A DNA stretch of 63,596 nt, filler included, from Intoshia linei (Eukaryota; Animalia; Orthonectida), in NCBI GenBank assembly GCA_001642005.1. It is 7 parts of 7 records of this genome, joined end to end, with 100 filler letters (N's around TTAATTAATTAA, not from the genome) between each part and the next. Parts side by side here need not be neighbours in the genome. Positions count along the whole stretch, not along the records: positions 1 to 22,385 come from LWCA01000598.1; 6 more parts are not named here. One strand, 5' to 3'. A program made the position numbers and the translations under genes. Below are positions 1 through 12,154 of the stretch, one piece after another; within the stretch, counting starts at the first letter, position 1; every line of letters begins with the position of its first letter. The notes under the pieces are model-generated. The model did no database searches, had not been told where the DNA came from, and worked only from the letters and a program-made list of their open reading frames with translations.

Positions 1-1260
1 TCGTTGTTTGATGCTATAATTACATCGTCCATGTATGCATGTGCATATGGCTTTCCCTTTAATAATGTATCCATCAGTCTCTGACATGACGCTGGACCGT
101 TTACGGTTCCAAATGGAATTACACGGAATTGATAGTGTTTCTCACCATAATTAATAGAAAATGCTGTTTTATGGCGGTTCTTGTCGTGTATAGAAATTTG
201 ATGAAATTCAGATAACAAATCTAATGTCGTAAATATATTCTTTTCATTGATTTTATCAAATAGTTCATGTTGATTTGGTGTAGGGTATTTGTCTTTTATA
301 GTGATTTCATTAAGTGGGCGATAATCCAGAATGAATCTGTATGTACCGTCCGGTTTTTTTTTTAAGAAAATGTTGAGCTCTGTACTGACTTTTAAATGGC
401 TCGATGATATTATTATCTATTATTTCAATTATTAATTTACCTTCTTTTTCTTTTAAATTTTGAGGAGTTGCTATGTATTTGTGTGATTTAAACGGTTCAA
501 GTGTTTTTGTGTTGATTTCATGACAAAAATTGTTTACAAGACCAGGTTTTTTCGTGAAAATTTGTTTAAATTTTGATCTAATATCATCAATTGTTTCAGG
601 TGTTTTTTGAACTGATATTTCATTGATCCTGTCTTGTTTATACATAATTATACTTCTTTCTATGGCTGTTTTACATCCGATAATATCATGGGTGTCACAT
701 ACATAGAATAATTCAGGTATCCCTGAAATGTCCATGATGGTTGCTCCCATACATTTAATATTTGTTTGTTTAGCCGCTTTGATGATTTGGGAATTTGATT
801 TTAATTTTAATTTAATTGTATTATAAGTTTTTAGACTCAGACAGTTTATAGTTGATCCTTTATCAATTAAAAAGTGTATATTATTTAATGTGGTAAATAT
901 ACTTGATTGTAAATTTTTTATATTGACATGGCCGATCTAGTGGTATGGACTTGAGTGATGGGTGGTTTTAAAAAAATTATTTAATTGAGATGTTTGGGAA
1001 AAAGTAACTTAAACTATAGTAGTGTCAATAATATAATCGTTTTTAGTAAAGTATCTGAATGCATTTTGTGCATCTTCGTAATTGTAATATTTAATAAAAG
1101 CATACGATTTTCCTGATAATATTCTAATCGATTGTCTAGGAGCAAAAATGCCGAATTCATTAAATAGATGTTGATATCCTATTACTTCTGTATCTTCATC
1201 GGAATTCATTTCTGAAATGTATATGCAGTTGTTTTCGTTTTTATTTATTAGTTTATCCAT
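1..1260 (-). mobile_element. Degenerate Ty3/gypsy-type retroelement polyprotein (RRM - aspartic protease - reverse transcriptase), running off the left edge
   Basis: The frame from ATG 1260 gives an RRM (IYISEM / KSYAFIKY). After in-frame stops at 1011-1009 and 939-937 it gives a protease-like segment (HFLIDKGSTINCLS...IKAAKQTNIKCMG...FYV...IIG). After a frameshift in the poly-A run near 360 come the RT motifs KKPDGTYRFILDYRPLN, TLDL..FHQI, KTAF, PFG..NGP and YMDD. Confidence 0.85.
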
Positions 1261-1455
1261 TTTTTTTTTTAAATTAAAATAGTAGTGTATAACGAGTTTA
1301 TAAGTGAAAGTTGTATTTTAATTTAAGTGATTTAACACGATAATGAATGTAAATAAACTTAATGTTGTGGTTACATTACATTGATATTATAATTATAGAT
1401 TTTATATTATATTAATTTACAAACTAAATGTATGATAATGATTAAAACTGTTCAA

Positions 1456-1797
1456 CCCTTTCACTGTCTGTAATAAATATATCAAGATCAAGATATATTT
1501 ATTTTATTTTGTAACGATAATTTAAAATTCGTTTTACTTTATATATTAAATTTATATTGTTCCAATATTTCATATCTAACTTTACACTGTTTGATGCAAT
1601 TTTATGTACTATCACCACACGTCTGGAATTTATGTTTTAATTTAAACTTGTATTATTTTTAAATAATTACCTATGTGAAAATGTATGAAAATAAAAGAAT
1701 AAAGTTTTTCAAAATTATGCTGTGTATATCATAGAATACACAGACGTGTGAAGTGAAATTGCTGTGTATAGTATAGAATACACAGACAGTGAAAGGG
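1456..1797. mobile_element. piggyBac-like MITE
   Basis: 15-bp TIR CCCTTTCACTGTCTG / CAGACAGTGAAAGGG, flanked by TCAA and TTAA. Same family as 32080-32900. Confidence 0.8.
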
Positions 1798-1826
1798 TTA
1801 AATTGAATTTATATTTGACCTGTGAG

Positions 1827-2699
1827 TAGTGTTTTCACTATAACTAACAGTTAGTAGTATTTCATGTCAAATTTCCAGAAAATTTCTTATTTTATTTTTA
1901 TATTAATTCAAAATCATAATTTTAAAAGTATTTTAATAAACATTAAATTTAAAGATTGTAATGTGAAAAGGATATTAGACCAAAAGGACTGGCTGTGAAT
2001 TCCATAATATACATAAAATATAATGATAAGGACTGTACACTAAACATTGCTACTATCAAGCAGTCAATATCTTATATGGTATTGGAATAAACAGCACTAC
2101 TAAAGCAGACTAGGAATATTATTGTTACTAGGTAACAACGCTACAAAGATCATCTTAATTTCAGGTATAAATTTCGAGTATATTAAATCCTACTGGTATT
2201 AAAGATGGAGTCTCGGCGGATGATTTTTTAATTGGAATAAAAAACACAATTAATACGTTTATATATTCTACCATGATGAAACCACTGCACGAATTGCAAG
2301 AGACAATTAGACGATTGTTTTAAGTCTTTCTTATTTTCACATCATTCAATGAATTTATTGTTAATGAAATATACTCAATGAGTGCTTGGACATATTGTGA
2401 GTGTCAGTATGGTAGAGTAAAATTTCCATTGCTCTCCAAAATATCCATCAGAGTATTGACAATCCATACGTCATCAGCTTCTGTGGAAAGAGTCTGGAGA
2501 GTTTTCTTGTTCATACACAATAAAAAATAAACAGACTGATGAATGATATGGTTGATAAATTGGCCTTTCTCTATATAAATAAAGCCCTGGAGAATAATAG
2601 TATCATAAACGAAGCAGATTATTTCACATCGGATTCTGAAATTTAATTGTAAATAAATAATTTTTCATAAATTTACTAACAGTTAGTTTTTGAACACTA
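1827..2699 (+). mobile_element. Internally deleted hAT transposon with a remnant of the C-terminal dimerisation domain
   Basis: Imperfect TIRs (TAGTGTT...TAAC.GTTAGTA) and an 8-bp TSD cctgtgag / cttgtgag. About 2387-2600 translates to FPLLSKISIRVLTIHTSSASVERVW...NRL...VDKLAFLYIN. Confidence 0.8.
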
Positions 2700-3139
2700 C
2701 TTGTGAGTTACGACTTGTGAGATAATTATAAATATTTACCTTCTATATATATTAATAAATATAGATAGAAATAAAGAATCAAAATGTTTTATCTACAATA
2801 TTAATGCCGAAATAATTATAATAAAAAATCAAAGAAATCAAGTTTACTAGCTATATATTATATTACTATATATGTATGCCGGTAATATTAAAGTATTTTT
2901 ATTTAATACCTCGACAAAATCTCAATTTTAAGCAACTGTAGCATAAACCTTCATCAAGTATTAATCCAAAACAGCCTAAATAGAGGGTATTATTCATAGC
3001 TTACAGTATATTTATATCTTAGCCATTGCAGGTTGTATACGTATATGAATATAATAAACTTAATCAAATAACATATCATGTGCTATATCTAAGTGATACA
3101 TTATTTCTAATTTTATACGTAAAAATCCTCTATGGTGAC

Positions 3140-4053
3140 CAGAACCGTCTTAAGCCACTTCGTGGCACTGGGCTAAGAAAAGGGCCGGAGGCCCTGTTTA
3201 GAAAACAGGGCATACTGTTGGTTAGAGACTTAGAGTCTTATTTTATTGAGTATTAATAAAAGCATTAAAAGATATTATGTAGATTTCTAGTAACTTTTAT
3301 TTCTTTTACAAAAACCTACTTACATTAATTAATGAACAAAGTTTACTTTTTCATTTAAAAATATGCCCATGCAGTCACAAAAAATTCTTGACAATTCTTC
3401 ACAAATGTTGTTTTCTCATTTTTTTCTAAAAGAAATCAGATGATATTATCAAAACTGATATCATTCAAAATATTATTCTCAATTGACATTAAGAAGAGCG
3501 AATTTAAACGAGGTTGAGCTAAGTAATTTCGAAGTATATTTTTAATTATTTTTAGTTTAGAAAAAGTTCTTTCACCTTTGCAATTTGCAACCATCATTGA
3601 AAGAAACATTCTCATGCAGATTTCCATATTAGGAAATAGTGATTCCAATTTATCACCTTTTATAACTTTATATATATTAAAAATGTTATTGCTTGTTTTT
3701 TCCCAATCAAAATAATGTTTAAATTGTTGACATTCCATTACTAAATAATTTTTTTCCAATCTTTGCTATAAGCTGCTTTAAGATTATTACATGAAGTATT
3801 TAACTCATCATTCGACATCACATTTAACATTTCACAGAACTTTGATTCTTTAAACTATTTTCTTTCTAGCTATTTGAATTGCCACACTTCAAAACTTATA
3901 AACTGTTTCTTAAGATATAAATGTGAAGTATTTTTTAATAAATTGGGGCCTCTTTTTAAGATATAAATGTAAAGTACTTTTACTAATTTGGCGCCTTTTT
4001 AATTAGTGGCCCTGGGGTACAGCCCATATTTCCCATGCCTTAAAACGGCTCTG
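3140..4053 (-). mobile_element. Deleted hAT transposon (ZMYM/KIAA1586-like transposase C-terminus)
   Basis: TIRs CAGAACCGTCTTAAG / CTTAAAACGGCTCTG and a perfect 8-bp TSD ATGGTGAC (3132-3139, 4054-4061). ORF 3436-3759 contains FPNMEICMRMFLSMMVANCKGERTFSKLKIIKNILRN..QPRLNSLFLMSIEN. Confidence 0.9.
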
Positions 4054-4269
4054 ATGGTGACTGTAAATACTTTTTTTTATGTTTCAATAATATTTTTATA
4101 ATTATTTTATGTATATATTAATATAATATATCTATTTTTTATCAAAAATATATTTAATAATTAGTACGTTAGTAATATATGTATACTATTTTTGGCATAT
4201 TTTACTATATTGGTCATAAATGTTTAAATCAATTTTAATACATTTAACTCTGGCATATTTAAATTTTTC

Positions 4270-6814
4270 CTAGTAAATAAATTTATAGATTAAATTTAAA
4301 AAATGTGTGATTGTCATAGACATTTTAGCCCGAGTGATGTCTATTGGCCAGAATCGCCACTGGTATACTTAGTAGATGACTTATTTTTTTTATAATAGAT
4401 AATTTTTAACAATCTCTATAAAAATTTGAATCATATGAAATTATAATTAAAGTCAATAAAAAATATAAAAATATTGAATTAAGTTAGTTTTTCACGGTGA
4501 TTTATATAATATGATTTGAAAAATGGACTTACTTTTGCATGTCATCTCCTTATAAAATCCTTGAAATCGACCGCACTCTAAAATAATGAAATTAAAAACA
4601 AATAGTATACAATATATTAGTCCGTTAAAAATTATGGGTCTTTTTAGAAATATTTAGTTTAGCATTGTCATGTTGCAATTAGGGCGAACAATGCCAATTA
4701 TCATAGTTAAATTGATAATTTTTTAGCATTACAAAGCATTATATCCCTTCAGATATATTTTTTTTTTCTAAACTTATTGAACCATCTTTGTGTTTTTCTA
4801 TCTTGTATTATTATTTATTATATCAAGTAGAAGAATTTGTAATATTTATACAAGTTATCATAGGTGTATATTATTTATTACCGACTAGATAAATACGTTA
4901 TATACAAATTATTGGTAACACATCGGCGTATATGCAAACTGACTAACAGACTGTAACTGATAGTCAAAATGATGTTTATGAGATTTAAATTGTAGAGCAG
5001 TGCTGTCCAACTATACCATTTCACTATCAATATGGTTCATCAATATGACTATCAAAAAAATATTAAATCATTTAAAAATAATGAAAAATGATTTTAATAT
5101 ATGTGTTGAAGATATCAAAGTACAATATAATCTGTGAAATTAAAAAGTGAAATTATTTTATATTGATAAATCTGGCCCTTCTGAAAAAAGGTTGAGAACC
5201 CTGCTATATATATAAATAGATGTTGTTTGTACGTAGCACAACACACTCGGATCAGGGAATATTAATATATAGACTCAATTAAATTTTAAAATAAAATTTC
5301 ATTATTATTTAGTATAAAATAATCTATTAAAAATACTAATTCTTATTTTAAAAAATTATATAAATTTAAAATGTAATATGAAGTTTTGATTATCTAATAT
5401 GTACTAAAGTTAAATTTATAATTTTGCTGTATGTATAATCGACTGTATGTATAATTGACTGTATTTATGATCGAGATTCCACTGTAATGGATTTTTTATT
5501 TTGGTAGACGCAATACTTTCTTGTAGACTTATTAAATGTAAACATCAAATACCAAGAAGAATTGTATATATTAATACATGATAAATATCTACAAACTGTA
5601 TTTAGCATTAATATTGACAATAATATCTTTCTATTTCTAATTATTAGAAAATTATAGCTAATAATAAAAATTAATAATTGAATTCCTGTAATAATATTTA
5701 TTTTTTTGTGGGCCTGGGATTTTTCTAAGAGTGAAAGTGGACCTATCATAAACACTTGGTAAATACTGCCTTAGTCCCACATTCTGAAACTATTAAATTA
5801 GAAAATATGTCTAATATGTCAATATGATTACTGTCTATATTGTGGAAATTATTTTAACAATTAAAATCTAATATTGTTAAGATGCAAGTTTCATAAATGT
5901 GTTTATACAAGTGTAGTATTACTAACTAAAAAATATATTTATTATATAATATTATATAATATTATATATTGGATGATTAAAGTAATTTATAATCAAAATT
6001 ATACATGTCATCATCAAAAATGTATATTATTGTATTATTGAAATGCATTGAAAATTAAAAAAAGCAGATGTAATTGTTATTTCAACGTTTGGAATCTGTA
6101 GTTGGTTGTCCAAAGGAATGTGTTATTAAGCGGCAGAGAAAATACCTTTGCTAATTCCTGCCTAGAGTTTAAGCCTTAGACTCTAAGGTATCACGAACTG
6201 TTTGTTAAAGATTTATAAAATTTCCTCAAAATAAGTTATACCAAAAAATAATATATAATTTAAAACTGAAGTCAAATAAATTTATTTAGATTTAGTTAAC
6301 TCCCTGGGTATTAGGTTGTGGATTTGTTGATTACGAATAACATTACAAGAGTAAACAATTTTAAATAAAATTACTTGAACAATTGCCATTATACAAAAGT
6401 TCGAAATTCTGTTTACATACAGAACATTTAGTTGGTACGGTCACATCACAAAATGCACAATTATCTGAACATGACTTTGTTATTGGCGTAAAATCTAATA
6501 AATAGAAATATAATTTAGATTGATATTAACAATACAGTACAGGTGTACCACACTTAAACTCAGGTATTACCAAACTAAGCGTAAGTGTAGTTATATCATT
6601 CGGTATTTGTCTAAAACGAAACCACTACTTAGCGTTATACTAATGTAAAAAATTTTTTAGCCAATTTTCACGCTAAATTAATAATCACTCGATATTATTT
6701 TTTCATAAAGTTAGATACTCCTGTACATTTTAATACACAACAAAATGTTACATTACCTTCTGACATTACTGTATTAATCAGTATTACAACACATGTTATA
6801 ATTTTAGCAATCAT
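4270..6814 (-). pseudogene. Probable decayed gene for a secreted or membrane protein with furin-like cysteine-rich repeats
   Basis: Signal-peptide-like exon 6814-6757 (MIAKIITCVVILINTVMSE) with a GT donor. Clean AG/GT exon 6494-6375 encodes SCSDNCAFCDVTVPTKCSVCKQNFELLYNGNCS. Further Cys exons lie near 5780 (SECGTKAVFTKCL*) and 4578-4534 (ECGRFQGFYKEMTCK). Intervening exons contain stops or frameshifts, and the boundaries are uncertain. Confidence 0.4.
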
Positions 6815-7482
6815 TTTTCAAACTTAAATATAAAATTAAAATAATTTTTTTTATATCCTATTGATGAAATTGATGTCAATATTTGTTTGAATCTTAAAAC
6901 GGCGGTATTCACATTTCATTAATATTTTGTTTACAGAACATCAGTTTTATTACAGTTCGCATAAATATTTGTGTTTGTTTGGTAGTTTTCTGGAGATTTA
7001 GTCAATTTAAAATTTATTCTATTTATTTAGTTCTATAATTTCAGTTTACTAATTTTATTCACATTACAGTGGTGCTCTAACGCAGCATGAACCTTAACCT
7101 TAAACATTTATCAGAAAGATTTCTCTACTGCTGATACACTCAAATGCACAATGAAGGCGATTAGTGCGACCTAGTGAATTATTGTGTAAATAATATAATA
7201 TACAATGGGGTGTTGCAAAAATACCGATTCAAGTGCGGTTCATCTTTCTAAATACCTCATATATCATATCCGTGATTATTGAATTACTATGTTGATACCC
7301 ATATTATATTATACTAGGGTGACTGTTATTTACTACGTACAAACATCACCTAGCTCTGCTGGGGGTACATTTTTATTCTACCAAAAAAATAAATTCACGT
7401 TGAAAATCTAACTTAAAAAATCCTATTATTCATTATTATTAATCCTTTAAAGGAGTGGTTCCCAAACTTGTTTCAGATAACA

Positions 7483-8075
7483 ATTAAAAAATTCCGAAGG
7501 AATGAATTATATAGATTTTCACACATATTTCTTTATTTGAAATGTATAGAAGTTCAATGCACATTTTTTTTGAAATTGAAAAAAATACAATTGTAAAACC
7601 TATATTTACATTTTCCATTTTAATTTTAATCGAAATATTTGAAAAATATTGGTTGATAATATATTCAAAATTATTTTTCACCTTGAATGCGTAGATTTCT
7701 CGGGTTGAACTTTTGTATTTACATCAACTGGAATAAGCTCTATCAGACTAATTTTTTTTTTAATTTTCGGACAGTTAATTATGTCACATTTTTTGTTTTA
7801 ATAAAATATTTCTGAAAAAAAATATATGAATACTAAAATTTTTTTTTGACCGTGAAGGTGTCACTTATTTAGATTGAATTTTTTGAAATTCTAAAGCTGT
7901 TTTCATTAAAAAAAGAAGGGTAATTTGGGATTTTGGCCTGGTTTGAACATATAATTTTTTTAAATATAAATTTATGATGATGTTTATGATTTTAAAATCT
8001 GCATTAGCGTATATATTTTTTTATATTCTCGAACTCGTTTGATTTTCAAAAAAATAGACTTGACTTTTTGAAATT
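7483..8075 (-). mobile_element. Internal fragment of the Helitron-like repeat family
   Basis: Colinear similarity to copies at 9340-9928, 34085-34660 and 41180-41839 (e.g. ccgaaggaatgaattatatagattttcac, ggaataagctctatcag, ttctcgaactcgtttgattttc). Confidence 0.7.
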
Positions 8076-8109
8076 TTTTATATATTTAACAGTAAAAAAC
8101 TGATTCAAA

Positions 8110-8335
8110 AAAACCTATGCGAATCATATAAAATTTTGGAAACTTATTCCAAGCCTTATTGTCACTAAGAAAATGGATTGGTAGAACGATATAACCGAAC
8201 AATTAAAGTAAAATATTTTATCAAATCAATATGATTATAATTAGGATGATATACTAAATTATATTCTGATAGCATTAGAATCCACTCCATTCTCTAAAAC
8301 AAAATTTTCTCCAGCTGAATTAGCATTTGGTATTA
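8110..8335 (+). mobile_element. Remnant of an LTR-retrotransposon integrase core
   Basis: Translates to SKPYCH*ENGLVERYNRTIK and TKFSPAELAFG, matching rve integrase motifs. Contains stops and frameshifts. Confidence 0.6.
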
Positions 8336-8828
8336 ATATAATAAACAAATATTGTAAAGAGCGATTAGAAATAGATAGATTGGTAAATTTACAAAAAAAA
8401 ATTATGATAAACGAGTACAAAAAACATTTTCATCATGCTGAAAATTTTACTCTTTATCTTCCAATAAACTCCAAACAAGAAAACTTGTATGTTCCTCGCA
8501 CAAGAATTATAAGAGATGTAAAATTTCAAAACATTAAAAAGATTACATTAAATTAATGAGGTAGGCGTATTAACATAATTACTCATCAAACTTATTTTAT
8601 TTATCAAACTGATTTAATATTACAAAATAGTTATTGTAGATATTTTGTAAATACCTAATTAAACATATATCTAATTACAAAAGTGTTAAATAAATTTATA
8701 ATTAATAAAAAAATTAAGTAAATTTAGCACAAATTAAAATGCTGTTAACTTTGTTTTTGAACACGCAATAAGAAACATCAAAATATTAAAATTCTACATT
8801 GTCAGTTTGATTTCATTGTTAGGGATTC

Positions 8829-10253
8829 ATGTTTTGTCCAGTTTGCAATAGTCAATTAATAACTAATCCTAAGTTTATGAAAACAATGTGCTTTACTTGT
8901 AGAAATTGCAGTTATCACTATTCTGACTTCGACAAGGTATATTTTTGAAATTCTTTCAATAACAAAGTTTCTATTAAACTAAATTTTGCAAATATGTGGA
9001 TCATAAATATTTACTAAACTATTTGCAATGTAGCACTTAATCAGAATCCATAGCCGAAACTACCCATTTAGAGGACATCCAACAATTAGTTATCCCCTAA
9101 AAAATTTCACAAACGATGAGTACTGTCATATGGCCATTAGATCCGGAAAAAAAGTGGTTTTCTTAATCTATCCCTAGGTCTAGTCTGTGGCCAGTAGTTT
9201 GCCTATCCCTACCCTAATGTATATGATTATTTTAACTAGAATCATTAATGATTTTATGGCACGTCACTTATAACATAATTCATAATTCACCTCTCGTGTT
9301 TTATTGATATTATATTTATAAATTGTATTAAAAATTATTTAGAATTTTAGATTTAAGAATTGTGTAGCAACGAAAAATATTCCGAAGGAATGAATTATTT
9401 AGATTTTCACCTATATTTCTTTATTGGAAATGAGTAGACGTTCAATGAAAATTTTTTTGCAATTGTAGGATCAATATTTACATTTTCTGGAATAAGCTCT
9501 ATCAAAATATATTTTTTTTAATTTTCGGACGGTTAATTATTTCACTTTTTTTTTTAATAAAATATTTCGGAAAAAAAATATATGAATACTAAAATGCTTT
9601 TTTGATAGTGAAGGCGTCACTTATTCAGACTGAAATTTTTTGTGTGTGTTAACAGGATACAACTGTAACACCTGTAAATTTTTTTAAATTCTAGGGTTGT
9701 TTTCATAAAAAAAGGGAATTTGGGGTTTTGGCCCTGAAGATATATATGGTTTAAATTTAAATTTATGATTTTTAAATTAATATCAGAGTATATATTTTAT
9801 TAAATTCTCGAACTCGTTTGATTTTAAAAAAAAGGAGAATCGGGCTTTTTGACCAGTAAGATGTGAGATTAAATATAAACGGTATCACACACAAACAAAT
9901 ATTGCATAGCATATTATATAAGTAAGGATTTAGGTTTCTTCGAAAGTATACCCAAAATTAAAGGAAGTAGACGATATTTTAGGAGGAAGCAAGGCTTGGG
10001 AAAACGTAGATTCGATAGAAGGTATATTTATTTATTTTTTCCGGTTCCAAACATGCTTAAATATTTGTAAAACAACTGCATATGCTTTGAATATAACACA
10101 AACTTATTTTAATAACCTACTTTAGAAACATGTCCAAAATGTGAAAAAAGACGAGCATTTTTTATGCAAGTACAAACAAGATCAGCCGATGAACCAATGA
10201 CTACATTTTATAAATGTTGCAACCCAAAATGTGGACACCGTTGGAAGGATTAA
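8829..10253 (+). CDS. POLR3K: DNA-directed RNA polymerase III subunit RPC10 (C11). Exons 8829-8936, 9934-10021, 10126-10253
   Basis: Spliced product [10 protein letters not shown]...CRNCSY...[66 protein letters not shown]. It has two Zn ribbons and the TFIIS-like QTRSADEP motif. GT-AG introns with consistent phases. Confidence 0.93.
9340..9928 (-). mobile_element. Non-autonomous Helitron-like element (5' end) in POLR3K intron 1
   Basis: The reverse strand begins A|TCCTTACTTATATAATATGCTATGCAATATTTGTTTGTGTG, the family 5' terminus also seen at 15190, 17327, 30201 and 41839. Confidence 0.7.
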
Positions 10254-10259
10254 CAAAAT

Positions 10260-11850
10260 TTAATTAAAACACGGATAACAGTCGTCTTGTCTCAAATCTT
10301 CTTGATCTGCATGAGGTTCACGAATCATCCAACAAAAACACATTAATGGAAATAAAAAAATCCAGGCGAGCGACGCTAGAACTAAATTTTTTTTGATAAA
10401 AATAAATATAAAACAAACTTCGGTTTCTTTTTTTATGATCTATCTTTTTTATTTTACTTTTTACTGGTTTACCAATTTTGTCAATTTCATCATAAGATGG
10501 TGGCCTGAAAATAAAAAACGATATAGTAGTGACACATTAAACGGACCATGGAGCAGTGATAAAAACGGAACATTTTTTCAAAATTTCAAGAATTTCATTA
10601 CTCTTACGTTTTTTTATATAAATGATTTGTGTAACTATAAAAAAATAAACATTTCATCATAAAATTTAATAAAAAGCTGACCATATTTTATTAAAACAAA
10701 AAAAATTGCTGGAAGCGATTCAGATAGAAAAATTGTTAAAAAATCGATACAATGTTTTTAGACTCACCTCCGAATGAATCTGATATTACAAATGAAATCT
10801 ATAATATGAAAGAAATTGAAACAATTAATTTTGAAACAGATATTACCTATCAATTGATGAAAAAATAAGTTTGTTCCCAGCACTGCATAACAGAAGATAT
10901 GATTTATAATTTGGACTTTAAGGCATATTTAAAATCTAAAAAAAACAGTGAGGAATTACCATCTCATCTTAGAATTACATAAAAAAAAAATATCAGATTA
11001 TATTTCAAATAATTTTGTAAACTTATTAAATGGTAAAATTTTTAAATAAATGAATATATTTTATAATTTAAATATTACATTATCTCCTTATTTAATTATT
11101 ACAGAAATTTGTGTAAAATAGTGTCAGTTAAAAACTCTTTCGTATTCGAATCTAGATGGTTATTATAAAAAAATTTTCAAAGTGTTCCGTTTAATGTGTC
11201 GCTACTTCATATATAAATTTTGCAAATTTAAGTTACCTGTCATCGCTAAAGCTCATACTACGGATTGATTTTTTAATTTAATAATTTGAGGTTCTAAATT
11301 ACAAATTCACATTAAAAATTATGAGAAAAAATTGTAAAGATAGTGAAATCATTATATATTGTTTAATTATTATTGATTGACCTTTAATATACTTTACTTC
11401 AGCGTGAACCAATCACACACAAATAGGTTACAATTAAGATAACTTGATGAAATTCTTTTACCTAAATTTGGTAAATGTAGGTTCAGATTTTTTTGCATGG
11501 CATCATTGATTAAAATATTGACGTAATTTATATAGACCACTATACATTGTTTTCGTCTGAGAAAGTAAACTAAATTTGGAATAATCGATTTTGTTATAAA
11601 AATGAAATATTAATATATTACCTAGTTTGACCTAATTTAACTATCCCGCCCTTGATCAAATTTTATACTGATTATGTTAATTACTTTAATATGGTAAATA
11701 CTGGACTCGCTATCTAGTCAAATTACATCAACAGCATCTGTCATTTTAGGTCACAAATATTTATATTCTTGATTGATATTGCGTTTACTTTTTATTTAAA
11801 CCATCATATACAATGTTATGTTTACTTTTTACCTGCATCAGTTATTGAGT
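10260..11850 (-). pseudogene. Possible pseudogenised single-pass membrane protein gene (3' exons)
   Basis: Exon 11293-11237 (PQIIKLKNQSVV*ALAMT, TGA at 11255-11253) splices in phase to exon 10381-10260 (VLASLAWIFLFPLMCFCWMIREPHADQEDLRQDDCYPCFN*), forming a TM helix and tail. More AG/GT-bounded blocks with stops lie upstream. Confidence 0.3.
10524..11208. mobile_element. Non-autonomous TIR element (Tc1/mariner-like termini)
   Basis: Inverted termini AGTAGTGACACATTAAACGGA / TCCGTTTAATGTGTCGCTACT in a TA context. Confidence 0.55.
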
Positions 11851-12154
11851 ACACTTTATCGACTAATATCGAATAATTGGATTACGTTTTGTTGAAATAA
11901 TATGATAATTTTAATAAGCATACTTAACATACTAAAAATTATTTAGTACTGTATTAAAATTTATGTAGTTTTAAAATGTATCCTATTCGCAACAATATTA
12001 ACAATTAACATTCAAGTAACCCATTTAATATTAAAAATTTTTAATACATTATAATAAATGAGTCGCATCTTTTTGGCTATATTTTAAATTGACAAAATTT
12101 AATAATAAAAAAAAAAATTTATTTTCAAAATAATATAGATTTACAACTCAAAAC

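Noticed and set aside
10768-10798. Exon-like block ISFVISDSFG with a strong GTGAGT donor on the minus strand
   Set aside because: It lies inside the TIR element 10524-11208, and its upstream partner contains stops.
10260-11850. In-frame TGA codons in exon-like blocks, suggesting TGA=Trp recoding
   Set aside because: Conserved Trp residues in the intact genes use TGG, and the same relics also contain TAA/TAG stops and frameshifts. Pseudogene decay is the simpler explanation.
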